Below are positions 1 through 12,249 of a stretch of 64,000 bases of DNA, piece by piece. The stretch is taken from positions 6,262,001 through 6,326,000 of the forward strand of contig OY986947.1 in NCBI GenBank assembly GCA_963920595.1, read 5' to 3'. Position numbers and translations under genes: made by a program. Under the pieces are notes generated by a model. That model had not been told where the DNA came from, did not search any database, and was given only the letters and a program-made list of their open reading frames with translations. The first letter of the stretch is position 1. Each line of letters starts with the position of its first letter. The stretch is from Eimeria praecox. Taxonomy: Eukaryota.

Positions 1-3000
1 GCCGCCTTGGCCCCCAAACCTTTAGGAAGAGGAAGAGGAGGACCCTTCGCGCCAAGTGCTTTAGGAGGCAGGGGCACCTTGCCCACAGACTTCGCCTTGT
101 CCTCATCCTCGCTCTGCTTCTCCGGAGAGCCGTCTGCCTTGCCCTCAGAAGCACCATCACCATCTCCATCCCCAGCACCCTTGGCCGCCACTGAAGTAGC
201 CGCCTTGGCCCCCAGACATTTAAGAAGAGGAAGAGGAGGACCCTTCACGCCAAGTGCTTTAGGAGGCAGGGGCGCCTTGCTCACAGACTTCGCCTTGTCC
301 TCATCTTCGCTCGGTTTCTCCGGAGAGCCCTCCGCCTTGCCCTCAGAAGCACCATCACCATCTCCATCCCCAGCACCCTTGGCCGCCACTGAAGTAGCCG
401 CCTTGGCCCCCAGACCTTTAGGAAGAGGAGGAGGAGGACCCTTCGCGCCAAGTGCTTTAGGAGGCAGGGGCGCCTTGCCCACAGACTTCGCCTTGTCCTC
501 ATCCTCGCTCTGCTTCTCCGGAGAGCCGTCTGCCTTGCCCTCAGAAGCACCATCACCATCTCCATCCCCAGCACCCTTGGCCGCCACTGAAGTAGCCGCC
601 TTGGCCCCCAAACCTTTAGGAAGAGGAAGAGGAGGACCCTTCGCGCCAAGTGCTTTAGGAGGCAGGGGCGCTTTAGTCAAAGCTCTCGCCTTGTCCTCAT
701 CCTCGCTCTGCTTCTCCGGAGAGCCGTCTGCCTTGCCCTCAGAAGCACCATCACCATCTCCATCCCCAGCACCCTTGGCCGCCACTGAAGTAGCCGCCTT
801 GGCCCCCAAACCTTTAGGAAGAGGAGGAGGAGGACCCTTCGCGCCAAGTGCTTTAGGAGGCAGGGGCACCTTGCCCACAGACTTCGCCTTGTCCTCATCC
901 TCGCTCTGCTTCTCCGGAGAGCCGTCTGCCTTGCCCTCAGAAGCACCATCACCATCTCCATCCCCAGCACCCTTGGCCGCCACTGAAGTAGCCGCCTTGG
1001 CCCCCAAACCTTTAGGAAGAGGAGGAGGAGGACCCTTCGCGCCAAGTGCTTTAGGAGGCAGGGGCACCTTGCCCACAGACTTCGCCTTGTCCTCATCCTC
1101 GCTCTGCTTCTCCGGAGAGCCGTCTGCCTTGCCCTCAGAAGCACCATCACCATCTCCATCCCCAGCACCCTTGGCCGTCACTGAAGTAGCCGCCTTGGAC
1201 CCCAAACCTTTAGCAAGAGGAGGAGGAGGACCCTTCGCGCCAAGTGCTTTAGGAAGCAGGGGCACCTTGCCCACAGACTTCGCCTTGTCCTCATCCTCGC
1301 TCTGCTTCTCCGGAGAGCCGTCTGCCTTGCCCTCAGAAGCACCATCACCATCTCCATCCCCAGCACCCTTGGCCGCCACTGAAGTAGCCGCCTTGGCCCC
1401 CAAACCTTTAGGAAGAGGAGGAGGAGGACCCTTCGCGCCAACTGCTTTAGGAGGCATGGGCACCTTGCCCACAGACTTCGCCTTGTCCTCATCCTCGCTC
1501 TGCTTCTCCGGAGAGCCGTCTGCCTTGCCCTCAGAAGCACCATCACCATCTCCATCCCCAGCACCCTTGGCCGCCACTGAAGTAGCCGCCTTGGCCCCCA
1601 AACCTTTAGGAAGAGGAGGAGGAGGACCCTTCGCGCCAAGTGCTTTAGGAGGCAGGGGCGCCTTGCCCACAGACTTCGCCTTGTCCTCATCCTCGCTCTG
1701 CTTCTCCGGAGAGCCGTCTGCCTTGCCCTCAGAAGCACCATCACCATCTCCATCCCCAGCACCCTTGGCCGCCACTGAAGTAGCCGCCTTGGCCCCCAAA
1801 CCTTTAGGAAGAGGAGGAGGAGGACCCTTCGCGCCAAGTGCTTTAGGAGGCAGGGGCACCTTGCCCACAGACTTCGCCTTGTCCTCATCCTCGCTCTGCT
1901 TCTCCGGAGAGCCGTCTGCCTTGCCCTCAGAAGCACCATCACCATCCTCATCCCCAGCACCCTTGGCCGCCACTGAAGTAGCCGCCTTGGCCCCCAAACC
2001 TTTAGGAAGAGGAGGAGGAGGACCCTTCGCGCCAAGTGCTTTAGGAGGCAGGGGCGCCTTGCCCACAGACTTCGCCTTGTCCTCATCCTCGCTCTGCTTC
2101 TCCGGAGAGCCGTCTGCCTTGCCCTCAGAAGCACCATCACCATCTCCATCCCCAGCACCCTTGGCCGCCACTGAAGTAGCCGCCTTGGCCCCCAAACCTT
2201 TAGGAAGAGGAGAAGGAGGACCCTTCGCGCCAAGTGCTTTAGGAGGCAGGGGCACCTTGCCCACAGACTTCGCCTTGTCCTCATCCTCGCTCTGCTTCTC
2301 CGGAGAGCCGTCTGCCTTGCCCTCAGAAGCACCATCACCATCTCCATCCCCAGCACCCTTGGCCGCCACTGAAGTAGCCGCCTTGGCCCCCAAACCTTTA
2401 GGAAGAGGAGGAGGAGGACCCTTCGCGCCAAGTGCTTTAGGAGGCAGCGGCACCTTGCCCACAGACTTCGCCTTGTCCTCATCCTCGCTCTGCTTCTCCG
2501 GAGAGCCGTCTGCCTTGCCCTCAGAAGCACCATCACCATCTCCATCCCCAGCACCCTTGGCCGCCACTGAAGTAGCCGCCTTGGCCCCCAAACCTTTAGG
2601 AAGAGGAGGAGGAGGACCCTTCGCGCCAAGTGCTTTAGGAGGCAGGGGCACCTTGCCCACAGACTTCGCCTTGTCCTCATCCTCGCTCTGCTTCTCCGGA
2701 GAGCCGTCTGCCTTGCCCTCAGAAGCACCAACGCCATCTCCATCCCCAGCACCCTTGGCCGCCACTGAAGTAGCCGCCTTGGCCCCCAAACCTTTAGGAA
2801 GAGGAGGAGGAGGACCCTTCGCGCCAAGTGCTTTAGGAGGCAGGGGCACCTTGCCCACAGACTTCGCCTTGTCCTCATCCTCGCTCTGCTTCTCCGGAGA
2901 GCCGTCTGCCTTGCCCTCAGAAGCACCATCACCATCTCCATCCCCAGCACCCTTGGCCGCCACTGAAGTAGCCGCCTTGGCCCCCAAACCTTTAGGAAGA

Positions 3001-6000
3001 GGAGGAGGAGGACCCTTCGCGCCAAGTGCTTTAGGAGGCAGGGGCACCTTGCCCACAGACTTCGCCTTGTCCTCATCCTCGCTCTGCTTCTCCGGAGAGC
3101 CGTCTGCCTTGCCCTCAGAAGCACCATCACCATCTCCATCCCCAGCACCCTTGGCCGTCACTGAAGTAGCCGCCTTGGACCCCAAACCTTTAGGAAGAGG
3201 AGGAGGAGGACCCTTCGCGCCAAGTGCTTTAGGAAGCAGGGGCACCTTGCCCACAGACTTCGCCTTGTCCTCATCCTCGCTCTGCTTCTCCGGAGAGCCG
3301 TCTGCCTTGCCCTCAGAAGCACCATCACCATCTCCATCCCCAGCACCCTTGGCCGCCACTGAAGTAGCCGCCTTGGCCCCCAAACCTTTAGGAAGAGGAG
3401 GAGGAGGACCCTTCGCGCCAACTGCTTTAGGAGGCATGGGCACCTTGCCCACAGACTTCGCCTTGTCCTCATCCTCGCTCTGCTTCTCCGGAGAGCCGTC
3501 TGCCTTGCCCTCAGAAGCACCATCACCATCTCCATCCCCAGCACCCTTGGCCGCCACTGAAGTAGCCGCCTTGGCCCCCAAACCTTTAGGAAGAGGAGGA
3601 GGAGGACCCTTCGCGCCAAGTGCTTTAGGAGGCAGGGGCGCCTTGCCCACAGACTTCGCCTTGTCCTCATCCTCGCTCTGCTTCTCCGGAGAGCCGTCTG
3701 CCTTGCCCTCAGAAGCACCATCACCATCTCCATCCCCAGCACCCTTGGCCGCCACTGAAGTAGCCGCCTTGGCCCCCAAACCTTTAGGAAGAGGAGGAGG
3801 AGGACCCTTCGCGCCAAGTGCTTTAGGAGGCAGGGGCACCTTGCCCACAGACTTCGCCTTGTCCTCATCCTCGCTCTGCTTCTCCGGAGAGCCGTCTGCC
3901 TTGCCCTCAGAAGCACCATCACCATCCTCATCCCCAGCACCCTTGGCCGCCACTGAAGTAGCCGCCTTGGCCCCCAAACCTTTAGGAAGAGGAGGAGGAG
4001 GACCCTTCGCGCCAAGTGCTTTAGGAGGCAGGGGCGCCTTGCCCACAGACTTCGCCTTGTCCTCATCCTCGCTCTGCTTCTCCGGAGAGCCGTCTGCCTT
4101 GCCCTCAGAAGCACCATCACCATCTCCATCCCCAGCACCCTTGGCCGCCACTGAAGTAGCCGCCTTGGCCCCCAAACCTTTAGGAAGAGGAGGAGGACCC
4201 TTCGCGCCAAGTGCTTTAGGAGGCAGGGGCGCTTTAGTCAAAGCTTTCGCCTTGTCCTCATCCTCGCTCTGCTTCTCCGGAGAGCCGTCTGCCTTGCCCT
4301 CAGAAGCACCATCACCATCTCCATCCCCAGCACCCTTGGCCGCCACTGAAGTAGCCGCCTTGGCCCCCAAACCTTTAGGAAGAGGAGGAGGAGGACCCTT
4401 CGCGCCAAGTGCTTTAGGAGGCAGGGGCACCTTGCCCACAGACTTCGCCTTGTCCTCAACCTCGCTCTGCTTCTCCGGAGAGCCCTCCGACTTGCCCTCA
4501 GAAGCACCATCACCATCTCCATCCCCAGCACCCTTGGCCGTCACTGAAGTAGCCGCCTTGGCCCCCAAACCTTTAGGAAGAGGAGGAGGAGGACCCTTCG
4601 CGCCAAGTGCTTTAGGAGGCAGGGGCACCTTGCCCACAGACTTCGCCTTGTCCTCATCCTCGCTCTGCTTCTCCGGAGAGCCGTCTGCCTTGCCCTCAGA
4701 AGCACCATCACCATCTCCATCCCCAGCACCCTTGGCCGCCACTGAAGTAGCCGCCTTGGCCCCCAAACCTTTAGGAAGAGGAGAAGGAGGACCCTTCGCG
4801 CCAAGTGCTTTAGGAGGCAGGGGCACCTTGCCCACAGACTTCGCCTTGTCCTCATCCTCGCTCTGCTTCTCCGGAGAGCCGTCTGCCTTGCCCTCAGAAG
4901 CACCATCACCATCTCCATCCCCAGCACCCTTGGCCGTCACTGAAGTAGCCGCCTTGGCCCCCAAACCTTTAGGAAGAGGAGGAGGAGGACCCTTCGCGCC
5001 AAGTGCTTTAGGAGGCAGGGGCACCTTGCCCACAGACTTCGCCTTGTCCTCATCCTCGCTCTGCTTCTCCGGAGAGCCGTCTGCCTTGCCCTCAGAAGCA
5101 CCATCACCATCTCCATCCCCAGCACCCTTGGCCGCCACTGAAGTAGCCGCCTTGGCCCCCAAACCTTTAGGAAGAGGAGGAGGACCCTTCGCGCCAAGTG
5201 CTTTAGGAGGCAGGGGCGCCTTGCCCACAGACTTCGCCTTGTCCTCATCCTCGCTCTGCTTCTCCGGAGAGCCGTCTGCCTTGCCCTCAGAAGCACCATC
5301 ACCATCTCCATCCCCAGCACCCTTGGCCGCCACTGAAGTAGCCGCCTTGGACCCCAAACCTTTAGGAAGAGGAGGAGGACCCTTCGCGCCAAGTGCTTTA
5401 GGAGGCAGGGGCACCTTGCCCACAGACTTCGCCTTGTCCTCATCCTCGCTCTGCTTCCCCGGAGAGCCCTCCGAGTTGCCCTGAGAAGCACCATCACCAT
5501 CTCCATCCCCAGCACCCTTGGCCGTCACTGAAGTAGCCGCCTTGGCCCCCAAACCTTTAGGAAGAGGAGGAGGAGGACCCTTCGCGCCAAGTGCTTTAGG
5601 AGGCAGGGGCACCTTGCCCACAGACTTCGCCTTGTCCTCATCCTCGCTCTGCTTCTCCGGAGAGCCGTCTGCCTTGCCCTCAGAAGCACCATCACCATCT
5701 CCATCCCCAGCACCCTTGGCCGCCACTGAAGTAGCCGCCTTGGCCCCCAAACCTTTAGGAAGAGGATGAGGAGGACCCTTCGCGCCAAGTGCTTTAGGAG
5801 GCAGGGGCGCCTTGCCCACAGACTTCGCCTTGTCCTCATCCTCGCTCTGCTTCTCCGGAGAGCCGTCTGCCTTGCCCTCAGAAGCACCATCACCATCTCC
5901 ATCCCCAGCACCCTTGGCCGCCACTGAAGTAGCCGCCTTGGCCCCCAAACCTTTAGGAAGAGGAGAAGGAGGACCCTTCGCGCCAAGTGCTTTAGGAGGC

Positions 6001-9000
6001 AGGGGCACCTTGCCCACAGACTTCGCCTTGTCCTCATCCTCTCTCTGCTTCTCCGGAGAGCCGTCTGCCTTGCCCTCAGAAGCACCATCACCATCTCCAT
6101 CCCCAGCACCCTTGGCCGCCACTGAAGTAGCCGCCTTGGCCCCCAGACCTTTAGGAAGAGGAGGAGGAGGACCCTTCGCGCCAAGTGCTTTAGGAGGCAG
6201 GGGCACCTTGCCCACAGACTTCGCCTTGTCCTCATCCTCTCTCTGCTTCTCCGGAGAGCCGTCTGCCTTGCCCTCAGAAGCACCATCACCATCTCCATCC
6301 CCAGCACCCTTGGCCGTCACTGAAGTAGCCGCCTTGGCCCCCAAACCTTTAGGAAGAGGAGGAGGAGGACCCTTCGCGCCAAGTGCTTTAGGAGGCAGGG
6401 GCACCTTGCCCACAGACTTCGCCTTGTCCTCATCCTCGCTCTGCTTCTCCGGAGAGCCGTCTGCCTTGCCCTCAGAAGCACCATCACCATCCTCATCCCC
6501 AGCACCCTTGGCCGCCACTGAAGTAGCCGCCTTGGCCCCCAAACCTTTAGGAAGAGGAGGAGGAGGACCCTTCGCGCCAAGTGCTTTAGGAGGCAGGGGC
6601 ACCTTGCCCACAGACTTCGCCTTTTCCTCAACCTCGCTCTGCTTCTCCGGAGAGCCCTCCGACTTGCCCTCAGAAGCACCATCACCATCTCCATCCCCAG
6701 CACCCTTGGCCGCCACTGAAGTAGCCGCCTTGGCCCCCAAACCTTTAGGAAGAGGAGGAGGACCCTTCGCGCCAAGTGCTTTAGGAGGCAGGGGCACCTT
6801 GCCCACAGACTTCGCCTTGTCCTCATCCTCGCTCTGCTTCTCCGGAGAGCCGTCTGCCTTGCCCTCAGAAGCACCATCACCATCTCCATCCCCAGCACCC
6901 TTGGCCGCCACTGAAGTAGCCGCCTTGGCCCCCAAACCTTTAGGAAGAGGAGGAGGAGGACCCTTCGCGCCAAGTGCTTTAGGAGGCAGGGGCACCTTGC
7001 CCACAGACTTCGCCTTGTCCTCATCCTCGCTCTGCTTCTCCGGAGAGCCGTCTGCCTTGCCCTCAGAAGCACCATCACCATCTCCATCCCCAGCACCCTT
7101 GGCCGCCACTGAAGTAGCCGCCTTGGCCCCCAAACCTTTAGGAAGAGGAGGAGGAGGACCCTTCGCGCCAAGTGCTTTAGGAGGCAGGGGCACCTTGCCC
7201 ACAGACTTCGCCTTGTCCTCAACCTCGCTCTGCTTCTCCGGAGAGCCCTCCGACTTGCCCTCAGAAGCACCATCACCATCTCCATCCCCAGCACCCTTGG
7301 CCGCCACTGAAGTAGCCGCCTTGGCCCCCAAACCTTTAGGAAGAGGAGGAGGACCCTTCGCGCCAAGTGCTTTAGGAGGCAGGGGCACCTTGCCCACAGA
7401 CTTCGCCTTGTCCTCAACCTCGCTCTGCTTCTCCGGAGAGCCGTCTGCCTTGCCCTCAGAAGCACCATCACCATCTCCATCCCCAGCACCCTTGGCCGCC
7501 ACTGAAGTAGCCGCCTTGGCCCCCAAACCTTTAGGAAGAGAAGGAGGAGGACCCTTCGCGCCAAGTGCTTTAGGAGGCAGGGGTGCCTTGCCCACGGACT
7601 TCGCCTTGTCCTCAACCTCGCTCTGCTTCTCCGGAGAGCCGTCTGCCTTGCCCTCAGAAGCACCATCACCATCTCCATCCCCAGCACCCTTGGCCGCCAC
7701 TGAAGTAGCCGCCTTGGCCCCCAAACCTTTAGGAAGAGGAGGAGGACCCTTCGCGCCAAGTGCTTTAGGAGGCAGTGGCGCCTTAGTCACAGCTTTCGCC
7801 TTGTCCTCATCCTCGCTCTGCTTCTCCGGAGAGCCGTCTGCCTTGCCCTCAGAAGCACCATCACCATCTCCATCCCCAGCACCCTTGGCCGCCACTGAAG
7901 TAGCCGCCTTGGCCCCCAAACCTTTAGGAAGAGGAGGAGGACCCTTCGCGCCAAGTGCTTTAGGAGGCAGGGGCACCTTGCCCACAGACTTCGCCTTGTC
8001 CTCATCCTCGCTCTGCTTCTCCGGAGAGCCGTCTGCCTTGCCCTCAGAAGCACCATCACCATCTCCATCCCCAGCACCCTTGGCCGCCACTGAAGTAGCC
8101 GCCTTGGCCCCCAAACCTTTAGGAAGAGGAGGAGGAGGACCCTTCGCGCCAAGTGCTTTAGGAGGCAGGGGCGCCTTGCCCACAGACTTCGCCTTGTCCT
8201 CATCCTCGCTCTGCTTCTCCGGAGAGCCGTCTGCCTTGCCCTCAGAAGCACCATCACCATCTCCATCCCCAGCACCCTTGGCCGCCACTGAAGTAGCCGC
8301 CTTGGCCCCCAAACCTTTAGGAAGAGAAGGAGGAGGACCCTTCGCGCCAAGTGCTTTAGGAGGCAGGGGCGCCTTGCCCACAGACTTCGCCTTGTCCTCA
8401 TCCTCGCTCTGCTTCTCCGGAGAGCCGTCTGCCTTGCCCTCAGAAGCACCATCACCATCTCCATCCCCAGCACCCTTGGCCGCCACTGAAGTAGCCGCCT
8501 TGGCCCCCAAACCTTTAGGAAGAGGAGGAGGAGGACCCTTCGCGCCAAGTGCTTTAGGAGGCAGGGGCGCCTTGCCCACAGACTTCGCCTTGTCCTCATC
8601 CTCGCTCTGCTTCTCCGGAGAGCCGTCTGCCTTGCCCTCAGAAGCACCATCACCATCTCCATCCCCAGCACCCTTGGCCGCCACTGAAGTAGCCGCCTTG
8701 GCCCCCAAACCTTTAGGAAGAGGAGGAGGACCCTTCGCGCCAAGTGCTTTAGGAGGCAGGGGCGCCTTGCCCACAGACTTCGCCTTGTCCTCATCCTCGC
8801 TCTGCTTCTCCGGAGAGCCGTCTGCCTTGCCCTCAGAAGCACCATCACCATCTCCATCCCCAGCACCCTTGGCCGCCACTGAAGTAGCCGCCTTGGCCCC
8901 CAAACCTTTAGGAAGAGGAGGAGGAGGACCCTTCGCGCCAAGTGCTTTAGGAGGCAGGGGCACCTTGCCCACAGACTTCGCCTTGTCCTCATCCTCGCTC

Positions 9001-9197
9001 TGCTTCTCCGGAGAGCCCTCCGCCTTGCCCTCAGAAGCACCATCACCATCTCCATCCCCAGCACTCTTGGCCGCCACCGAAGTAGCCGCCTTGGCCCCCA
9101 AACCTTTAGGAAGAGAAGGAGGAGGACCCTTCGCGCCAAGTGCTTTAGGAGGCAGGGGCGCCTTGCCCACAGACTTCGCCTTGTCCTCATCCTCGCC
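1..9197 (-). repeat. Coding tandem repeat, 198-bp unit (some 195 bp), ~46 copies, encoding AATSVAAKGAGDGDGDGASEGKADGSPEKQSEDEDKAKSVGKVPLPPKALGAKGPPPPLPKGLGAK
   Basis: Directly visible 198-bp periodicity. The length variants I saw are loss of one GGA triplet (one Pro on the minus strand). Confidence 0.95.
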
Positions 9198-11254
9198 CTG
9201 ATTCTCCGGAGAGCCCTCCTGCGTGCGCTCAGTCACGTCAGTATGCTCGGGATCCGCAGCAGGCTTGGCCTGAAGAGATGGAAGAACCCTGACAAGGATG
9301 GTTTGACGAGGCGCCCGAGTATGCATGTGTGTATGATTTTTGAATGTGCGTTTGCCTATGGTTCTACCATATGTTTTCTCTGAGCATATATACGGTAGAT
9401 GTGTGCTTGGTAGTTGTGTGAAGGGAGTCTTGTGCTTACGGAGGTTTTGCGGATGTCTTCAGGGATGTGCGGGCTCGATTCACTGGGCAGTGGTTGCCCA
9501 GAAGTTGCCGCCATAGGGGGTTTAGGCTTGGACAGGCGTGTTTGCTGGACTGGCTTGTGAATTCCTTGCTGCGAAATGGTGTCTACAGGTTGCTGAATTC
9601 TGTGGTCCTCGCGTTTATTCGGATGGTGATATGGGCCCTCTTTGGGGCACCCCTCTTCCTTTGGTGGGGGAGGCAGAAGCAGGCCACACTCGCTGGGAGG
9701 TTTCGCCTTGGGCTTTGGAACGCCGCCGTCTTCACTGCTAACAATAATTGTGGTGCCGTCTGGGAGCGATCGCTCAACAAAAGAGCCCGAGTGCTTCGGT
9801 AGACGGTGGGCAAGCAGCTTTGCCAAAGGCGAATTCGCAGCAGCAGCAGTAGCTGCAGCACCACCAGCGTGGGGCAATGCTGCATCTGCCTTCAATGCTC
9901 TCTTACCTAATGGGTCTTTAGAGTACGAAGAACCATCTTCCTGGGGTTGATCTTTTGTAGCTGCTCGCTGCTGCTGTGCTGCAGTTCCTGCTCCTTTATG
10001 CGTCTCTTCTGCGGCCGTTTGCTGGTGTTGCGGTGGCGCAGCCGCTGGAGGTTGCTCCCCTGCAGCTGCTGGATGCTGCTCTGCGGCAGCACCTTGTTTC
10101 AGATTGGCTTCAGTCAGCGGTTGCTGCTGGGAAGCTGCAGCAGTACCTGCCACATCTGAGGATTCCTGCTGTGCTTTCCCCAATTTCGAAGGTGGAGGGG
10201 GGCTCGGTTTGGCTCTGGTAGGCCTGGCACCCTTCGGTTCAACTTGCACCCTACTTTTGGCTGTCGCTTCTTCGTTACCGGTATCCTGATTTTGTTTAGT
10301 TTCATCGTCGGAGAGGTGGGAATCCTTTATTCCCGGACCTGGCTTGCCTCTCCCTCCTGGCCTCGCTTGTTGAGGACTCACTGGCAAGGAAAGTCCAGCC
10401 TCGGTCTCCGATCTACTTTCGTCAGCGCTGCTGCTACCAGACGAGCTGCTCAGGTGCAAAGAGTGTGCGTCTTCTTTTCCGGAAGCCGTGTCTTCTGCGC
10501 GTCTTTGTGGCGTATGGGGCGTTTGCGGTTCCCCTGATAAGGAAGCGGGCCCAGGCGGTGCCCCTCTCTCAATCTCACTACCGCCTCCTCTCTGCTCTTT
10601 CCCTGAAACAGTCACCCCTTCTTCTTCTCCTGCTGAATGGGGCTGGATCCAGGATGCAGCTTCGCCTAAAAGACCCCAGTTGAAAACGCCCGGAACTGCA
10701 GCAGCAGCAGGTGGCAAGTCGGACTGTTCGGTTGAGGCTACCTGCTCCTCCGGATCTGCTGTATCGCTTGCAGAGTCTTCATCGGATGAAGCATTAGGTT
10801 CAACATCAGCAACAGGCGCAACGTGAGCGTCAGAAGCAGCAGGAGCAGCGGCCCCAATGCCCACAAGCTGCCCCCACAGGCCCCATCCTGATGCTTGCTG
10901 ATCTGGTTCTTCGTGTTCAGCTCGCCCTTCCGCTTGTGCATGCTGCTCACTACTTGCTGCAGATTCAGTGGAAGACATGTGCAACGGCTGCGTTCCGCCC
11001 TCGTTATCGGAGCTGGTTGCAGAGGTGAGGCTTCCAGCCTCCTCCGAATCTCCTGGCGTGTGTGCGCCTGCAGCCAACTGTTCCCAGAAAGCCCATGGGG
11101 AGCCGCTCGAGCTGTCCCCTGGCTCTTGTGCAGAGTTTTCGTTGGTTTTGTCCGGGGGCTGCTCCTGTTGGCCTGGCTGGTCCGGCGACTGGTCCAACGG
11201 GGGCTCATCTGCAGGGGCATCGGGCCGCCCCTCCGAACCTGAGAAGAACCACAT
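1..11254 (-). CDS. Giant repetitive protein, 3'-partial. Exon 1 is 9440..11254 (low-complexity Ser/Glu/Gln/Pro/Ala-rich), intron 9270..9439, exon 2 is <1..9269 (66-aa repeat array).
   Basis: The ORF 9356..11320 has a GTAAGC donor after ...DIRKTS (phase 0). A CTTCAG acceptor at 9270 resumes in frame with AKPAADPEHTDVTERTQEGSPENQGEDEDKAKS... This minus frame shows no stop through the array and is missing from the ORF track because it runs off the edge. The start codon (ATG at 11254, MWFFSG) is uncertain. Confidence 0.8.
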
Positions 11255-12249
11255 TTGAGCAATTATTGTGTGCTGCTCTGTCGGGAAGGCGGGTGATGGA
11301 CATACTCCGCAGGAGTCCAATGGTCCTACGGAGACAAGTCATAAGCAGCTGTAGCCAAATGGATCCCCGGCCTATGATCCCACGGCTTTCCCTTCTTGCA
11401 CCCCATAGACCAGCTGGATGTGGTAAAACAACTGCAAAAACGAATAAATTCGGGTAAATAGGAGCTTGTGTTCAAGAGCTACTCGGTACTGCGCTCGCCA
11501 CCGCCAACGGGGCGGGAGGGGGGCTGGGCGAATTGAAGTGAATTCTTGAAAGGCCTTCAGACTTTTAGGTGTTGCCGTCAGCAGGCCTTCGGGGAAAATA
11601 CAATGAAATGCAAAGAACTATGTTACTCATAGACCCGAAGACACACAAGCGCACATGCATGACGCGATCGACACATTTGGCGATGAGTGTTTTCGCAGTG
11701 TTTGTCCCCGTCGTCAGGTATCAGCGTTCATAGAGGGTATAGAGATAGTCCTTCTGCTGCTAAAACTGCACATTCAGTCAAGTGGAGCCATTGTACAGAT
11801 GTGTGCTTCCTCTGGAAGCCCCTTCTTTCCACAGGAGACGAACAAACAGCCGTCTGCGGATCCGTCAACAGCCGCCTGGTCGCTGCTGGAGGGCCCAGTC
11901 GGCCTACGTGAGGGGCCGTACAACCAAGTGTATCTTGCATTATTACTAAGTTATAAAGGCAACAAATTCATTTTTTATTTATCCCTTATTCATTGTATGT
12001 GGTCGTCCTATACAAATGGCCCTTTATCCTTCTGTACGCTTCGGCCCGCATTGGGTAGCTAGACATCGAGCCCTGCGTCGATGTGCCTTGGCTCTTCCTC
12101 GCCTTCCAGTAAAACGAGTTGAATAGAACTTTTTGGCACTTTCATAGCTCAAATTTTAGTTGCCTAACACGGCCTTCAAAACCTAGGCTCTAAGCCCCCT
12201 GCTGATTTGCATCCTAGGTGCCTGGCCTGGCTGATGGAAGGACATACCC

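Noticed and set aside
1..9197. CRISPR-like array
   Set aside because: Units are contiguous with no unique spacers, the genome is eukaryotic, and there are no cas genes.
7..9201. Very long plus-strand ORFs (1825 aa, 1129 aa) and R/L-rich minus ORFs over the 198-bp array
   Set aside because: Shadow frames of the real minus-strand exon. They are interrupted by sporadic stops and have no splice connection to an upstream exon.
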